Shown piece after piece: positions 29,721 through 38,859 of a stretch of 64,000 nt of DNA. The stretch's first letter is position 1. Each line of letters begins with the position of its first letter. The DNA comes from Nitrosopumilaceae archaeon (GTDB lineage: Archaea > Thermoproteota > Nitrososphaeria > Nitrososphaerales > Nitrosopumilaceae), in NCBI GenBank assembly GCA_965207375.1, contig OZ242274.1, positions 1,088,001 through 1,152,000 of the forward strand, in the 5' to 3' direction. Made by a program: the position numbers and the translations under genes. Under the pieces are notes generated by a model. That model searched no databases, was not told the origin of the DNA, and saw only the letters and a program-made list of their open reading frames with translations.

Positions 29721-30053
29721 TTGAAAATGACAAAAAGGCACACATTACCTCAGTTAAAAAAATATGATGTCAATCAAAAGGTAATCGAAGCACTTGCTGA
29801 TGCCGAATCTAGGGCAATACTGTTTTCAGTCATTAAAAAAGGAAAAACTGCTGCTGAATTATCTGAAAAACTAAGAATTCCCCTAAGTTCTGTATACAAA
29901 AAACTATCTGAATTAGAAGAGCTGACCTTGATTCAGATTGAAAAATTGTTATCTGATAAGGGACGCAAATTCAAGGTGTACCGCAGCCGAATCCGCAAGG
30001 CAGAAATATCCATAAAAAAGCCAGAACCCGTATTGAGCCTAATTCCGAACTGA
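29721..30053 (+). CDS. ArsR-like winged-helix regulator
   Basis: KTAAELSEKLRIPLSSVYKKLSELEE...GRKFKVYRS. Confidence 0.85.
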   Translation: MKMTKRHTLPQLKKYDVNQKVIEALADAESRAILFSVIKKGKTAAELSEKLRIPLSSVYKKLSELEELTLIQIEKLLSDKGRKFKVYRSRIRKAEISIKKPEPVLSLIPN

Positions 30054-30055
30054 TC

Positions 30056-30388
30056 ATGTCCAAAGCAAATATAATTCAGCTAAGTGAATTTGACATTACT
30101 CAAAAAATTATAGAGTCCTTGACTAATGTATGCACACGAGCCGTTTTGTTCTCTGTCAAAGAACAGTCAAAGGATGCGACACAAATTGCAAGCGAATTGA
30201 AAATTTCAATTTCAACTGTATACAAAACCCTTTCACATTTAGAGGATCTAGCACTAGTTGAAATTGAAAAATTTACAATAACTGATGAGGGCAAAAAAAT
30301 CAAACAGTACCGCAGCCGAATAGGCAAGGTGGAGATTACCCTAAAGGACATGGATCCCATCCTCAATCTTTATCCAAACAAAGAATAG
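30056..30388 (+). CDS. ArsR-like winged-helix regulator (paralogue of the preceding gene)
   Basis: KDATQIASELKISISTVYKTLSHLE...GKKIKQYRS. Confidence 0.85.
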   Translation: MSKANIIQLSEFDITQKIIESLTNVCTRAVLFSVKEQSKDATQIASELKISISTVYKTLSHLEDLALVEIEKFTITDEGKKIKQYRSRIGKVEITLKDMDPILNLYPNKE

Positions 30389-30459
30389 CCATTCTGAATC
30401 TTTAGAACGAGAATATAGAATTATACTACCGTTTAAATAATTAGCTTAAACTAATCCCA

Positions 30460-31566
30460 ATGTTTGGCATGAAACAAAATATGCAAATTACAATATTGGT
30501 TCTAGTTACTGCAACTACATTTACAGGTGTTGCAATATTGCCAGGTGTTGCAGCACAGGATGCATCTGTTCCTAGTTGGATTAAAAACACTGCAAAATTC
30601 TGGTCTACAGGAGACATATCTGATACTGAATTTCTCAACGCCATAAAATATCTTGTTGAAAACCAGATAATTCAGATAGATGAGGGCAGCTCAGATGCGC
30701 AATTAGACGTTGACGAATTGACAATTGGATTCATTCCTGTTGAAAAAGCAGACGAGCTAACTCCAAAAGCCAAAGCATTAGAGCTATTTCTTGAAGAAAG
30801 ACTTGGCATAGATGTAAAAATTGTCATTCCAACAAACTATGAGACAATAATTGAGGGAATGAGATTTGGACACATTGATGCTGCATTTATGGATACAGGT
30901 CCTGCATGGATAACGCACCAAAGAACCGGTGCACAGGCAGTTTTGGCAGAGGTAGTTGCAGGCAAAATCAATTATCAGGCAACTGTTTGGACTAGCGCAG
31001 ACAATGACTCGATTCATACTATTGAGGACACCCTAGGAAAGCGCGTTGCTTTTACTAGTATTACCGGTTCTTCTGGATTTGTACGACCCATGGGGACCTT
31101 GGTTACAAGTGGCGCAATAGATATTTCAGGTAGCGACATTGTTGCCTTGGAGGCAGCACTTGCTGATTCCTTTGATGAATATACCTTTGCTGGCGGCTAC
31201 AAGGCTGCCTTGCAATTGTTACTAAATGACAACGTAGATGTTGCATTTGGCTCTGATATCGCACCGCAAAAATACCTGCAATTATCTGATCAGCAAAAAC
31301 TTAGACCGGTAACGACTATAGGCCCTGTTCCGTCCCATGTGTTCATGGTTGCTCCAGAGGTATCTGATGGTACAAAGCAGGCACTAGTTGATGCACTAGT
31401 CCAACTCAATTATGATAAACACAACGAAATTCTTCAAAATCTGTATGGTGCAGAGGCATTACTTCCAACTACTACTGCACTGCACATTGGTGAATTTGGT
31501 ACCTTCATTGACGCACTGACTGGCCTTGATCAAAAAATACTTGATAAATACAACAAAAGCAAATAA
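30460..31566 (+). CDS. phnD: Phosphate/phosphite/phosphonate ABC transporter substrate-binding protein
   Basis: Signal peptide, thaumarchaeal VPSWIKNTAKFW domain, then TIGFIP, NYETIIEGMRFGHIDAA and SITGSSG segments. Confidence 0.85.
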   Translation: MFGMKQNMQITILVLVTATTFTGVAILPGVAAQDASVPSWIKNTAKFWSTGDISDTEFLNAIKYLVENQIIQIDEGSSDAQLDVDELTIGFIPVEKADELTPKAKALELFLEERLGIDVKIVIPTNYETIIEGMRFGHIDAAFMDTGPAWITHQRTGAQAVLAEVVAGKINYQATVWTSADNDSIHTIEDTLGKRVAFTSITGSSGFVRPMGTLVTSGAIDISGSDIVALEAALADSFDEYTFAGGYKAALQLLLNDNVDVAFGSDIAPQKYLQLSDQQKLRPVTTIGPVPSHVFMVAPEVSDGTKQALVDALVQLNYDKHNEILQNLYGAEALLPTTTALHIGEFGTFIDALTGLDQKILDKYNKSK

Positions 31567-31597
31567 AAAGCAAGAGTCAATATTGACAATACAACAA

Positions 31598-32398
31598 ATG
31601 TCCTCTGATTCTTTTTCTCTAATAAACACCACAACTATAATTCAAATGAATGATGTCTGGACATCTTATGACTCTAAAAATTATGCATTAAAAAGTATCA
31701 AAATGTCAATAGATAGGGGCACCAATTATGCAATTGTTGGTGTCTCAGGCTCTGGAAAATCTACACTTGTAAAATTACTCAACGGTATGATGAAACCAAG
31801 CAAGGGAATAATCAAGGTAGACTATCAGACCCCTGACATTGCTAGTCCACAATTTCGTAAATTAATGCACAAAATAGGTTATATTCCTCAAAATCTGGGT
31901 CTTGTAAAAAATTTAACGGTCAAAGAAAATATTTTGATTGGTTCCCTTCCGAGACTGGGAAAGGTCCAATCATTTTTCAAATCATTTCCCAAAGATGAAC
32001 TAGTCTACGCAGAACAGCTATTGGGCATGGTGGGACTGTCTGGAAAAGCAACGCGCAAGGCCTACATGCTAAGTGGTGGTGAAAAACGTCGTGTTGCAAT
32101 AGCACGTGCCCTAATGCAAAAACCTGACATATTGCTAGCAGATGAGATTGTTTCAGAATTAGATCATGTTACTGCGCATGAAATAATGGATCTAATTGTT
32201 GATGCACAAAAAAGACTAGGTCTCACTGCCATTATGGTTCATCATGATATGCAACTTGCATTAGAATATGCAAACAGAGTTGCAGTTATCAAAGAGGGAG
32301 AAAAAATATTGGAAATTGGAGTGGAAGGTGACCAAATTGTTGATTTTCAAACGGGTAATCTAACACAAGAAGAAATATTAGAGATGTATGCCAAATGA
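31598..32398 (+). CDS. phnC: Phosphonate-type ABC transporter ATPase
   Basis: Walker A GVSGSGKS, signature LSGGE, Walker B LLADE. Start uncertain. Confidence 0.87.
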   Translation: MSSDSFSLINTTTIIQMNDVWTSYDSKNYALKSIKMSIDRGTNYAIVGVSGSGKSTLVKLLNGMMKPSKGIIKVDYQTPDIASPQFRKLMHKIGYIPQNLGLVKNLTVKENILIGSLPRLGKVQSFFKSFPKDELVYAEQLLGMVGLSGKATRKAYMLSGGEKRRVAIARALMQKPDILLADEIVSELDHVTAHEIMDLIVDAQKRLGLTAIMVHHDMQLALEYANRVAVIKEGEKILEIGVEGDQIVDFQTGNLTQEEILEMYAK

Positions 32399-33183
32399 AT
32401 CAAAAAAGCAATCTCCTAGTTGGTATAATTATTGCAATTGTGATTGCAGCATCAATTAATGTCGATGCCAACCCTTTAGATTTTGCCCAGGGTCTGCCCA
32501 ATCTTGTAATTATTGCACAGGAAATTGCCTTGGGGATAACTGATTTGAGTCTGTTTCAAACCGCCTTTTTTGCAATGTTTGAAACAGTACAGATGGCCTT
32601 TATTGGAACAATTGTAGGTGTGGCAATTGCAATGCCTTTGAGCCTGCTTGCTGCTAGAAATCTTAACAGCAAATGGGTTTATGCTCCGATTCGTGCACTG
32701 CTTGCTGCCATCCGAACATTTCCGTCAATTCTGTGGGCAATCCTGTTTGTTATAATGGTGGGTTTAGGACCATTTGCTGGAGTGTTGGCAATTATCATGT
32801 ATACTATTGGGTTTGTTGCAAAACTACAGTATGAAGCAATTGAAACAATTGATTCAGATCCTATGGATGCAGTAACATCAATTGGTGTAAGCAAGGCTCA
32901 GCTTATACGTTATGTTGTAATTCCAGAATCTGCATCTCATCTGTTAAGTCAGGTACTTTACATGTTTGATTATAACGTACGTCAAACAAGCATTTTGGGA
33001 ATTGTAGGTGCAGGAGGTATCGGCTTTTATATTATTAATTATATAAAATTTTTCGAATATGGTAAAGCGGTAATTTTCATGCTGGTAGTTTTGGCTACTG
33101 TACTAGTAATTGATTTGATTAGCGTAAAGATTCGTGACAGATATATTATAAAATCACAACGCGGCATGCAGGTCAAAGCATAG
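32395..33183 (+). CDS. phnE: Phosphonate-type ABC transporter permease
   Basis: ETVQMAFIGT, IRTFP and NVRQTSILGIVGAGGIG motifs. Confidence 0.9.
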   Translation: MNQKSNLLVGIIIAIVIAASINVDANPLDFAQGLPNLVIIAQEIALGITDLSLFQTAFFAMFETVQMAFIGTIVGVAIAMPLSLLAARNLNSKWVYAPIRALLAAIRTFPSILWAILFVIMVGLGPFAGVLAIIMYTIGFVAKLQYEAIETIDSDPMDAVTSIGVSKAQLIRYVVIPESASHLLSQVLYMFDYNVRQTSILGIVGAGGIGFYIINYIKFFEYGKAVIFMLVVLATVLVIDLISVKIRDRYIIKSQRGMQVKA

Positions 33184-33412
33184 TTTGCAACCTTTTTGGC
33201 AAATTGATGCTTTTGTAAAAATCCACATGATTTAGCATCAGATGTTGATATGATTGTACAATTTGTTAAATCATAATTTGTCATACTTTAGAATACAACT
33301 GCACACGATCCTACAAAACTTTGGAAAATCTCTATCTGACTAAAAGATTGATCAAACATACTCAATATTTTTGTCTTATATTGGTCATTTAGAATCAAAA
33401 CATTTTTTGTTT

Positions 33413-35179
33413 TTATCGTGTTTCATCTACACAAAATGTTACCTCTGATGAGGATGCAGCACTTGAAGATACCAAAAAATTTAGTGCATTTGCAATTTTG
33501 TCATTATCTGGCTCTGCCCCTGTGACTGAACCCGGAAACACTGTAAATATTCTGACCTGTGATTTTAAAACATCACTTAATTCCTGATTGACAGTTGTAG
33601 TGTATGGTCTTAGTGCTCCTCTAAACACCTCAACTTGCATTCTTTTTATGCCTGGAATTTTTTTACCGGTTGGCAGATCAGGGCCAATAATTAGCATTGA
33701 ACCTGTTGCATTCTTGTACAGTCTGGGATCCTTTCTGCCTCCTGGAACAAAATGTTCCAATGTCTGTTGGGCAACAGTTGCAGGTGTTGTAATGAATTTT
33801 GCAACTAGCTGTTCCCAATCATTTCTTGCTAATTCTACAAGTTTTGCAAACTCTGGCAGTTTGCCGGTTATGTGAACTACTGCTAAGACCTTGCCCATGG
33901 TTTTTTCTACCGTATTTAGCCAACTTGACACCTCTTGAGGATTTGTAATGTCTATCACATGGGAGTGAAATTTTTCACTAATGGAATCTTGTAGTTTTTG
34001 TGGCGTACTGTTTGAAATAAAGCATGCAGTTTTGCCTCCATTTTTCTCCACATATGCTGCTAGGTGTTGCACTCTTGCAGCATCTGTTTGGTCTGTGGCA
34101 TCTACTGTAAACACTATGGTTTTGTCTGTAAAATCTATTTGGTGTACGTTGGGTGTTGCATTTCCAACATGTGCCTTGACTGGATAAAATACTCTGTCTC
34201 CTGGAATTACCTTTCCGTTGATGATCTGTGCTATTTTATCATCACACAAGTTAAGAACTGACTCTGCAACCTGTTCTTGCTTTAGAAATTCTTTATCTGC
34301 AATCATATGTGATGTATTGTTTTGGATTTTTCCTGCAAGTGTTCTGATTTGCTCCAAGAGTCTTGTAAATGTATCAGTTAATTTTGCAACATCTCTTCCG
34401 TTTGCTAACCTTTGTGCAGCTTTTGCAACTCCTTCCTTGTTTACTCCGTCTGCCTGTATGCATTCTAGCAAATCCTCTCTTGTCTCTTCGACTTGTACAG
34501 GACTTAGATCTTCAAACCCTCCGACTCTCATAAATTCAAAAGCAGCCTTTGGATATACTGTTTTGTAAATCCTATCAGAGTGTACTGGACCAGGGTTTGT
34601 AGCTATAGATATGATTCCCTTTTCTGCCAACTCCCATGACATTGCCTCTGCAAGTCTGTTTTTTGCTCCTTGTGCTGCAGTGTATGGAGTTCTGAACCTG
34701 TACGGTCTTTGCTCTAGCGGTCTCTCTTCTGTAAAAAATGTTGAAATTGTAATTATTTTACCTCCTTTTTTCATCACTTTGAGACCCTGAACCGATGTCC
34801 AAAACGTCCCTGTAAGGTGAATTCCTACTGCACTTTTGAACTCATCTAGTACTGCATTTGGAAAACATGTCACAGGACCTGAAACTCCGGCATTGTTAAT
34901 TATGTAATCTATTATAACATCTTCATTTTTTAATGACTCAAACATCTTGTTGATTCCATCAGCATCACTTACATCTACGCCATCAAAAATTTTCACAAAT
35001 GCATTACTTTGTTTTTCAACAATTATTTTTTCTAGTATTTTGGCAGTCTCTGCTAACGGTTCCCTGCGTCTGCCTAAAATTATGACGCTTGCCCCATTTT
35101 CAACAAATTTTTCAGCAATTGTTTTTCCAATGCCTGTTCCACTACCAGTAATTAGGGCTAGTTTGCCTTGAAATTTCAT
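33413..35179 (-). CDS. Large two-domain SDR oxidoreductase (malonyl-CoA reductase-like)
   Basis: TGSGTGIG, NNAG, RTPYTAAQ and PGPVHSDRI motifs, plus a degenerate second Rossmann domain. Confidence 0.8.
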   Translation of the reverse strand: MKFQGKLALITGSGTGIGKTIAEKFVENGASVIILGRRREPLAETAKILEKIIVEKQSNAFVKIFDGVDVSDADGINKMFESLKNEDVIIDYIINNAGVSGPVTCFPNAVLDEFKSAVGIHLTGTFWTSVQGLKVMKKGGKIITISTFFTEERPLEQRPYRFRTPYTAAQGAKNRLAEAMSWELAEKGIISIATNPGPVHSDRIYKTVYPKAAFEFMRVGGFEDLSPVQVEETREDLLECIQADGVNKEGVAKAAQRLANGRDVAKLTDTFTRLLEQIRTLAGKIQNNTSHMIADKEFLKQEQVAESVLNLCDDKIAQIINGKVIPGDRVFYPVKAHVGNATPNVHQIDFTDKTIVFTVDATDQTDAARVQHLAAYVEKNGGKTACFISNSTPQKLQDSISEKFHSHVIDITNPQEVSSWLNTVEKTMGKVLAVVHITGKLPEFAKLVELARNDWEQLVAKFITTPATVAQQTLEHFVPGGRKDPRLYKNATGSMLIIGPDLPTGKKIPGIKRMQVEVFRGALRPYTTTVNQELSDVLKSQVRIFTVFPGSVTGAEPDNDKIANALNFLVSSSAASSSEVTFCVDETR

Positions 35180-35435
35180 GGATAAAGTTTACTATAATCT
35201 GTGATATTTATTTGGATTGATCCCAAGGGTAAAGTTTGTATCTGTGCCTTGAATTATCTAGTATCAACAGTTTGTTACATACTACAGCCAAATCCAAACA
35301 ACTGATTTTACTGTGTTTTTTTGTGAACCTTGCCATGTGTATGAATTTGCACAGTCCTGTTGATCTCTAGAAAAACTTTAAGATCTTGTCTGATTTTTCT
35401 GATATGTTTATTTGTGGGTTTGATTTGTAAAAATT

Positions 35436-35672
35436 GTGCACGATTCTGAGCCTGACACCTTTGATCTAAAGACTATACCTGAAACTTATTCTGATCTGTT
35501 AAGGAAGATAGGAGTTGATTCTGTCGTTAAAGACATTGGAACCGACGATGTAGAAAAAGGCGACTATTACAGCAGACACTTTACCAACTCTCCAAGAATG
35601 ATTACCAACAAGGGATGCATTGACATATCAAACTCTAATATTGATATAGTTCATCTTATTCAAAAGGGATAG
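35436..35672 (+). CDS. Hypothetical protein
   Basis: 78-aa ORF 3 bp upstream of the next gene. Confidence 0.6.
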   Translation: MHDSEPDTFDLKTIPETYSDLLRKIGVDSVVKDIGTDDVEKGDYYSRHFTNSPRMITNKGCIDISNSNIDIVHLIQKG

Positions 35673-35675
35673 CAA

Positions 35676-36050
35676 ATGCAAGACACTGATCCATTACCAT
35701 GGGGAGCCCTAGACAGATTCCAGGCACATTTTATTGTAAAAAAAGAAACAGACTCTAATGTGATTGATTATCTTGCTCGGGCAGAACTAGACACCAATGG
35801 GCATTTTGGCAGAAAAAAAATCATCTCTATTAGCTGGAACGGTGGCAAATTGGCATCTGCCCTAAATGACGACTCTGAATTAAACCAAATGATTGCTCAT
35901 CAGCCAATTAACCAGGCAAGCATTGTTGTAGAACCCACCGATAATGTAGTTAGGATTTATAGTAAATGGCAAAACAGAGATGATCTTGGCATTTCAAAAG
36001 AGATGTTTGAAATCTATAACCGCATTGCAGGACACATAAAAAACCTCTAG
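35676..36050 (+). CDS. Hypothetical protein
   Basis: 124-aa ORF whose stop overlaps the endA stop. Confidence 0.7.
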   Translation: MQDTDPLPWGALDRFQAHFIVKKETDSNVIDYLARAELDTNGHFGRKKIISISWNGGKLASALNDDSELNQMIAHQPINQASIVVEPTDNVVRIYSKWQNRDDLGISKEMFEIYNRIAGHIKNL

Positions 36051-36580
36051 GCCCTCCACCAATCTAATGCAAGAAAATCCACATCATTGGTTCTAGGTAT
36101 TGCCAAAATGAATTGTTTTCTTACAGTAGTTGCAAGCCTTCCTGCAAGCACTACTCCTGTAGCCGTTATTGGTTCTCTGGAATTGCATACCTGTACCAGA
36201 TATGGCGCATGTTCTAGTCCGGGGCCTTTTTGATACACTGCAAAATCACATCCAAACTTTATGCCTGGATTTACAATGTATCCTCGGTCCCTGAAATTTT
36301 TATAAACTTGATATTTTTTGTCAAAATTATAATATTGTTGACTGCAAATCTTTTGCATTTTTTTAATTCCTATTTTGCTTTTTAAACTTGTGATTTTAAT
36401 TTTGCCTTTTTCTAACAGATAGCATCCTTCAATCAAATCTAAAATTAACGGTACGTTAATTTCTTCAGGTTTTGGCTTTGGCATTCCTATAGGCTTTCCA
36501 TAATATCCACTAGAAAATAATTTTTTGGAATCTGCAATGTTCCATACTATTATCCTGTTGTCTATTAGTTCAGCCTTCAC
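36047..36580 (-). CDS. endA: tRNA-splicing endonuclease
   Basis: GIKFGCDFAVYQKGPGLEHA and RLATTVRK (Tyr-His-Lys triad). Confidence 0.93.
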   Translation of the reverse strand: MKAELIDNRIIVWNIADSKKLFSSGYYGKPIGMPKPKPEEINVPLILDLIEGCYLLEKGKIKITSLKSKIGIKKMQKICSQQYYNFDKKYQVYKNFRDRGYIVNPGIKFGCDFAVYQKGPGLEHAPYLVQVCNSREPITATGVVLAGRLATTVRKQFILAIPRTNDVDFLALDWWRA

Positions 36581-36711
36581 ATTTGTTGGTACTGTTTAGA
36601 TCTATATGATGGTAGTCCTCTAGTCTCTACATATTGTTTTGTAAATCCTAGATTACAGGTATCTCAAACATGTATCTAGAATTTAAACAAACTAGAGAAA
36701 AATTGTATGTT

Positions 36712-37365
36712 CTACAGACTTAGTGCAAGCAATATGAACGAATCTGAAACCCGCTGACACTTGTCTGCCATCTCTTCGATTCCCTCAATTACATCCTTCA
36801 TCAGCAAGAGTTCCTTTGTGTTGGTAATCTCAGTTAGGAGTTTGAGCGTTGCCTGTCTGTACTTTGTATCTATCTCTCTTTCAATTTTTTGCGTTTCCTG
36901 TGCCAGCTCAATTGCACTAGCAGAGTTGTTGTTGAGATTTCTTATTATCTCATTGAGTTTGTAGACCTCGTCTACTACCAGCTCAATTAGTACCGTTAAA
37001 TCCTTGTCTAGTTTTGAATTTTTCAATGTTGCAGGCTTTACATTTGCCAGCTTGAATGAAATTCCGGTTATGTATCCTGCAATCTCATCCATGGTATATG
37101 CCGTATTTAGAAGGTTTTCTCTGTTCATGATGAGGCCTCCAACATCTGCAACCTCGCGCGTAATCTTGCGCCTCAATGTTTCTACCTCCTCTTCAATACT
37201 TGAGATCTGTTCTAGTGCATTTTTGATGCCTGTTTTATCCTTATTCATCATGAGGTTTGGTAGTGTTGCTAGCTCCCTTGATGCATTTAGAATGCGATTG
37301 ATTTCGTCTTGAAGAACTGCAATTGCCTTTCGTTTAGCTTGAACCTCAAGCTCGCCGCTATACAT
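36712..37365 (-). CDS. DUF47/PhoU-like phosphate transport regulator
   Basis: Helical repeats IEEEVETLRR / IEREIDTKYR and IEEMADKC. ATG at 37365 preferred because the longer ORF runs into the MITE. Confidence 0.8.
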   Translation of the reverse strand: MYSGELEVQAKRKAIAVLQDEINRILNASRELATLPNLMMNKDKTGIKNALEQISSIEEEVETLRRKITREVADVGGLIMNRENLLNTAYTMDEIAGYITGISFKLANVKPATLKNSKLDKDLTVLIELVVDEVYKLNEIIRNLNNNSASAIELAQETQKIEREIDTKYRQATLKLLTEITNTKELLLMKDVIEGIEEMADKCQRVSDSFILLALSL

Positions 37366-37412
37366 GTGAAAATTGATAATTTTAAGACTATAATTAAATC
37401 CTCTGATGTTTT

Positions 37413-37512
37413 CAGCTAAGCAAAATGTGACCCAAATTCTTGATCTACCTCCGTCTTTCTCTCCATTTTGGGATAGATTTTGGCCTGTTTTACCCATATT
37501 TCGCTTTAGCTG
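37413..37512. mobile_element. ~100-bp MITE, copy 2 (degenerate)
   Basis: CAGCTAAGCAAAATGT...ATATTTCGCTTTAGCTG ends. Internal TAGATTTTGGCCT shared with 3467-3567. Confidence 0.7.
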
Positions 37513-37625
37513 ATATTAGGCAGTTTTTGGGCTTGTAGGAAATGTGCATTGTACTATCATAAAGCAAGCAGGTTTTATTGTGTAACCTGATTTCATTTAT
37601 GAATAATTCTGATGACTGATTCGTA

Positions 37626-37943
37626 TTATGTTTCTAGTGGTTCTATCTCTTCTGCTTTTTGCATTGCCTTTTTACTCAACGCATTATCCATCGATATTAT
37701 CTGTTTTACAAACACACTGTCCTTGTTTAATGTATATAGTGTTGTGTTGCCATACTTTCTTTTTGGTATGACTATCTTTAGTCTCTCAAGCTCAGGCCAT
37801 ACCTTGTATAGTGTAGTCTTTGAGATGCCTGTGCCCTCTAGAATCTCTTTTTTAGAATAATCGCTTCTGTTGTCCAGAAAAAAGTCAACTATTCTCAGAT
37901 TTGGCGTATCACCAAGATATCTCATCAGCAGCGTTGTATCCAT
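37626..37943 (-). CDS. Winged-HTH DNA-binding protein
   Basis: DYSKKEILEGTGISKTTLYKVWPELE HTH with a wing. Confidence 0.8.
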   Translation of the reverse strand: MDTTLLMRYLGDTPNLRIVDFFLDNRSDYSKKEILEGTGISKTTLYKVWPELERLKIVIPKRKYGNTTLYTLNKDSVFVKQIISMDNALSKKAMQKAEEIEPLET

Positions 37944-37996
37944 GTTTCATATTGTGAGTAAAAAGTATTTAATTATGTCTACCAAAGGTACTAAAA

Positions 37997-38299
37997 GTGA
38001 ACCTGTCTGAATTCACAGATGAGCAGATAATGGCACGCCTGATACTAAAGTTGTACAGGCGTGGAAACTGGGGCAAAAGCCATACAAGCTTTGAGAACCT
38101 AAAGAAGGGATTTAGTCAAAGGGATCTGGGCAAAAAAGGCATCAAGCGGGTAGACAAGATATCTGAGAATATGATAAAATCAGGATTATTACACTCAAAA
38201 TCTACAGGCTATGGCTTTGAGGTAAGCCTAGAGTTTACAAGAAAAGACGAGCTTCTTGCAATAGCACGACGTGTCTTTCCTGATGAAGATCTTGCCTAG
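37997..38299 (+). CDS. Small basic hypothetical protein (possible toxin)
   Basis: 100-aa Lys/Arg-rich ORF, divergent from the HTH gene across 53 bp. Confidence 0.7.
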   Translation: MNLSEFTDEQIMARLILKLYRRGNWGKSHTSFENLKKGFSQRDLGKKGIKRVDKISENMIKSGLLHSKSTGYGFEVSLEFTRKDELLAIARRVFPDEDLA

Positions 38300-38451
38300 A
38301 ATGTTGATTCAGGTAATGCCATCTTCTTTGCATCTTTAAATTCATCATAATATTCAGCTGGAATGGTAAACTTTGCGTCTATTGTGGATGGTTTTGTCCC
38401 CCAAAAGAGTCATCACATTTCTTCCAATGGCAACTAGAGTGTTTTTGTGTT

Positions 38452-38859
38452 GTAACATTCCCACTTTCTAAAGTTCCTTATATAGTCAGGCAGTAAAGCA
38501 TAAGGATCACCACTATCAGAATAAAATTATGATGCCAGGATTTGATCTTGAGGAAATAGATTGGAGAAATTCTAATGTCAACAAGCTTTTCGAGGTTCTT
38601 ACTGAAAAATTTGATCAAATGGATAAACAAATGAAAGATCTGCAAAAAGACAATCATCTAAAAGATGTAAAAAGCGAACAAGTGCTTGCAGAAAACAAAC
38701 AAGTAATTACAGAAAATAAACAACTAAAAGAAGAAATTGTTCAACTAAAAAAAAACTCATAACAAAGCTGCAAAAGAAAAAAACAAGATCTAGTCATGTC
38801 AGTATCTATAACACCAGAGAGTACAAGGGATACCCAAAGATCAAAAAACAAAAGATGCA
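38452..38859 (+). mobile_element. Left part of an older, frameshifted IS66 copy (continues 40554-40578)
   Basis: Starts GTAACATTCCC and is highly similar to 38860-39240. A-run frameshift near 38746-38757. Confidence 0.88.

Noticed and set aside
37366-37497. N-terminal extension of the DUF47 ORF, and similarly the pyrG, DsbA and CBS-regulator extensions
   Set aside because: The extensions run through the MITE, intergenic DNA or the neighbouring gene. Downstream starts fit the family N-termini better.
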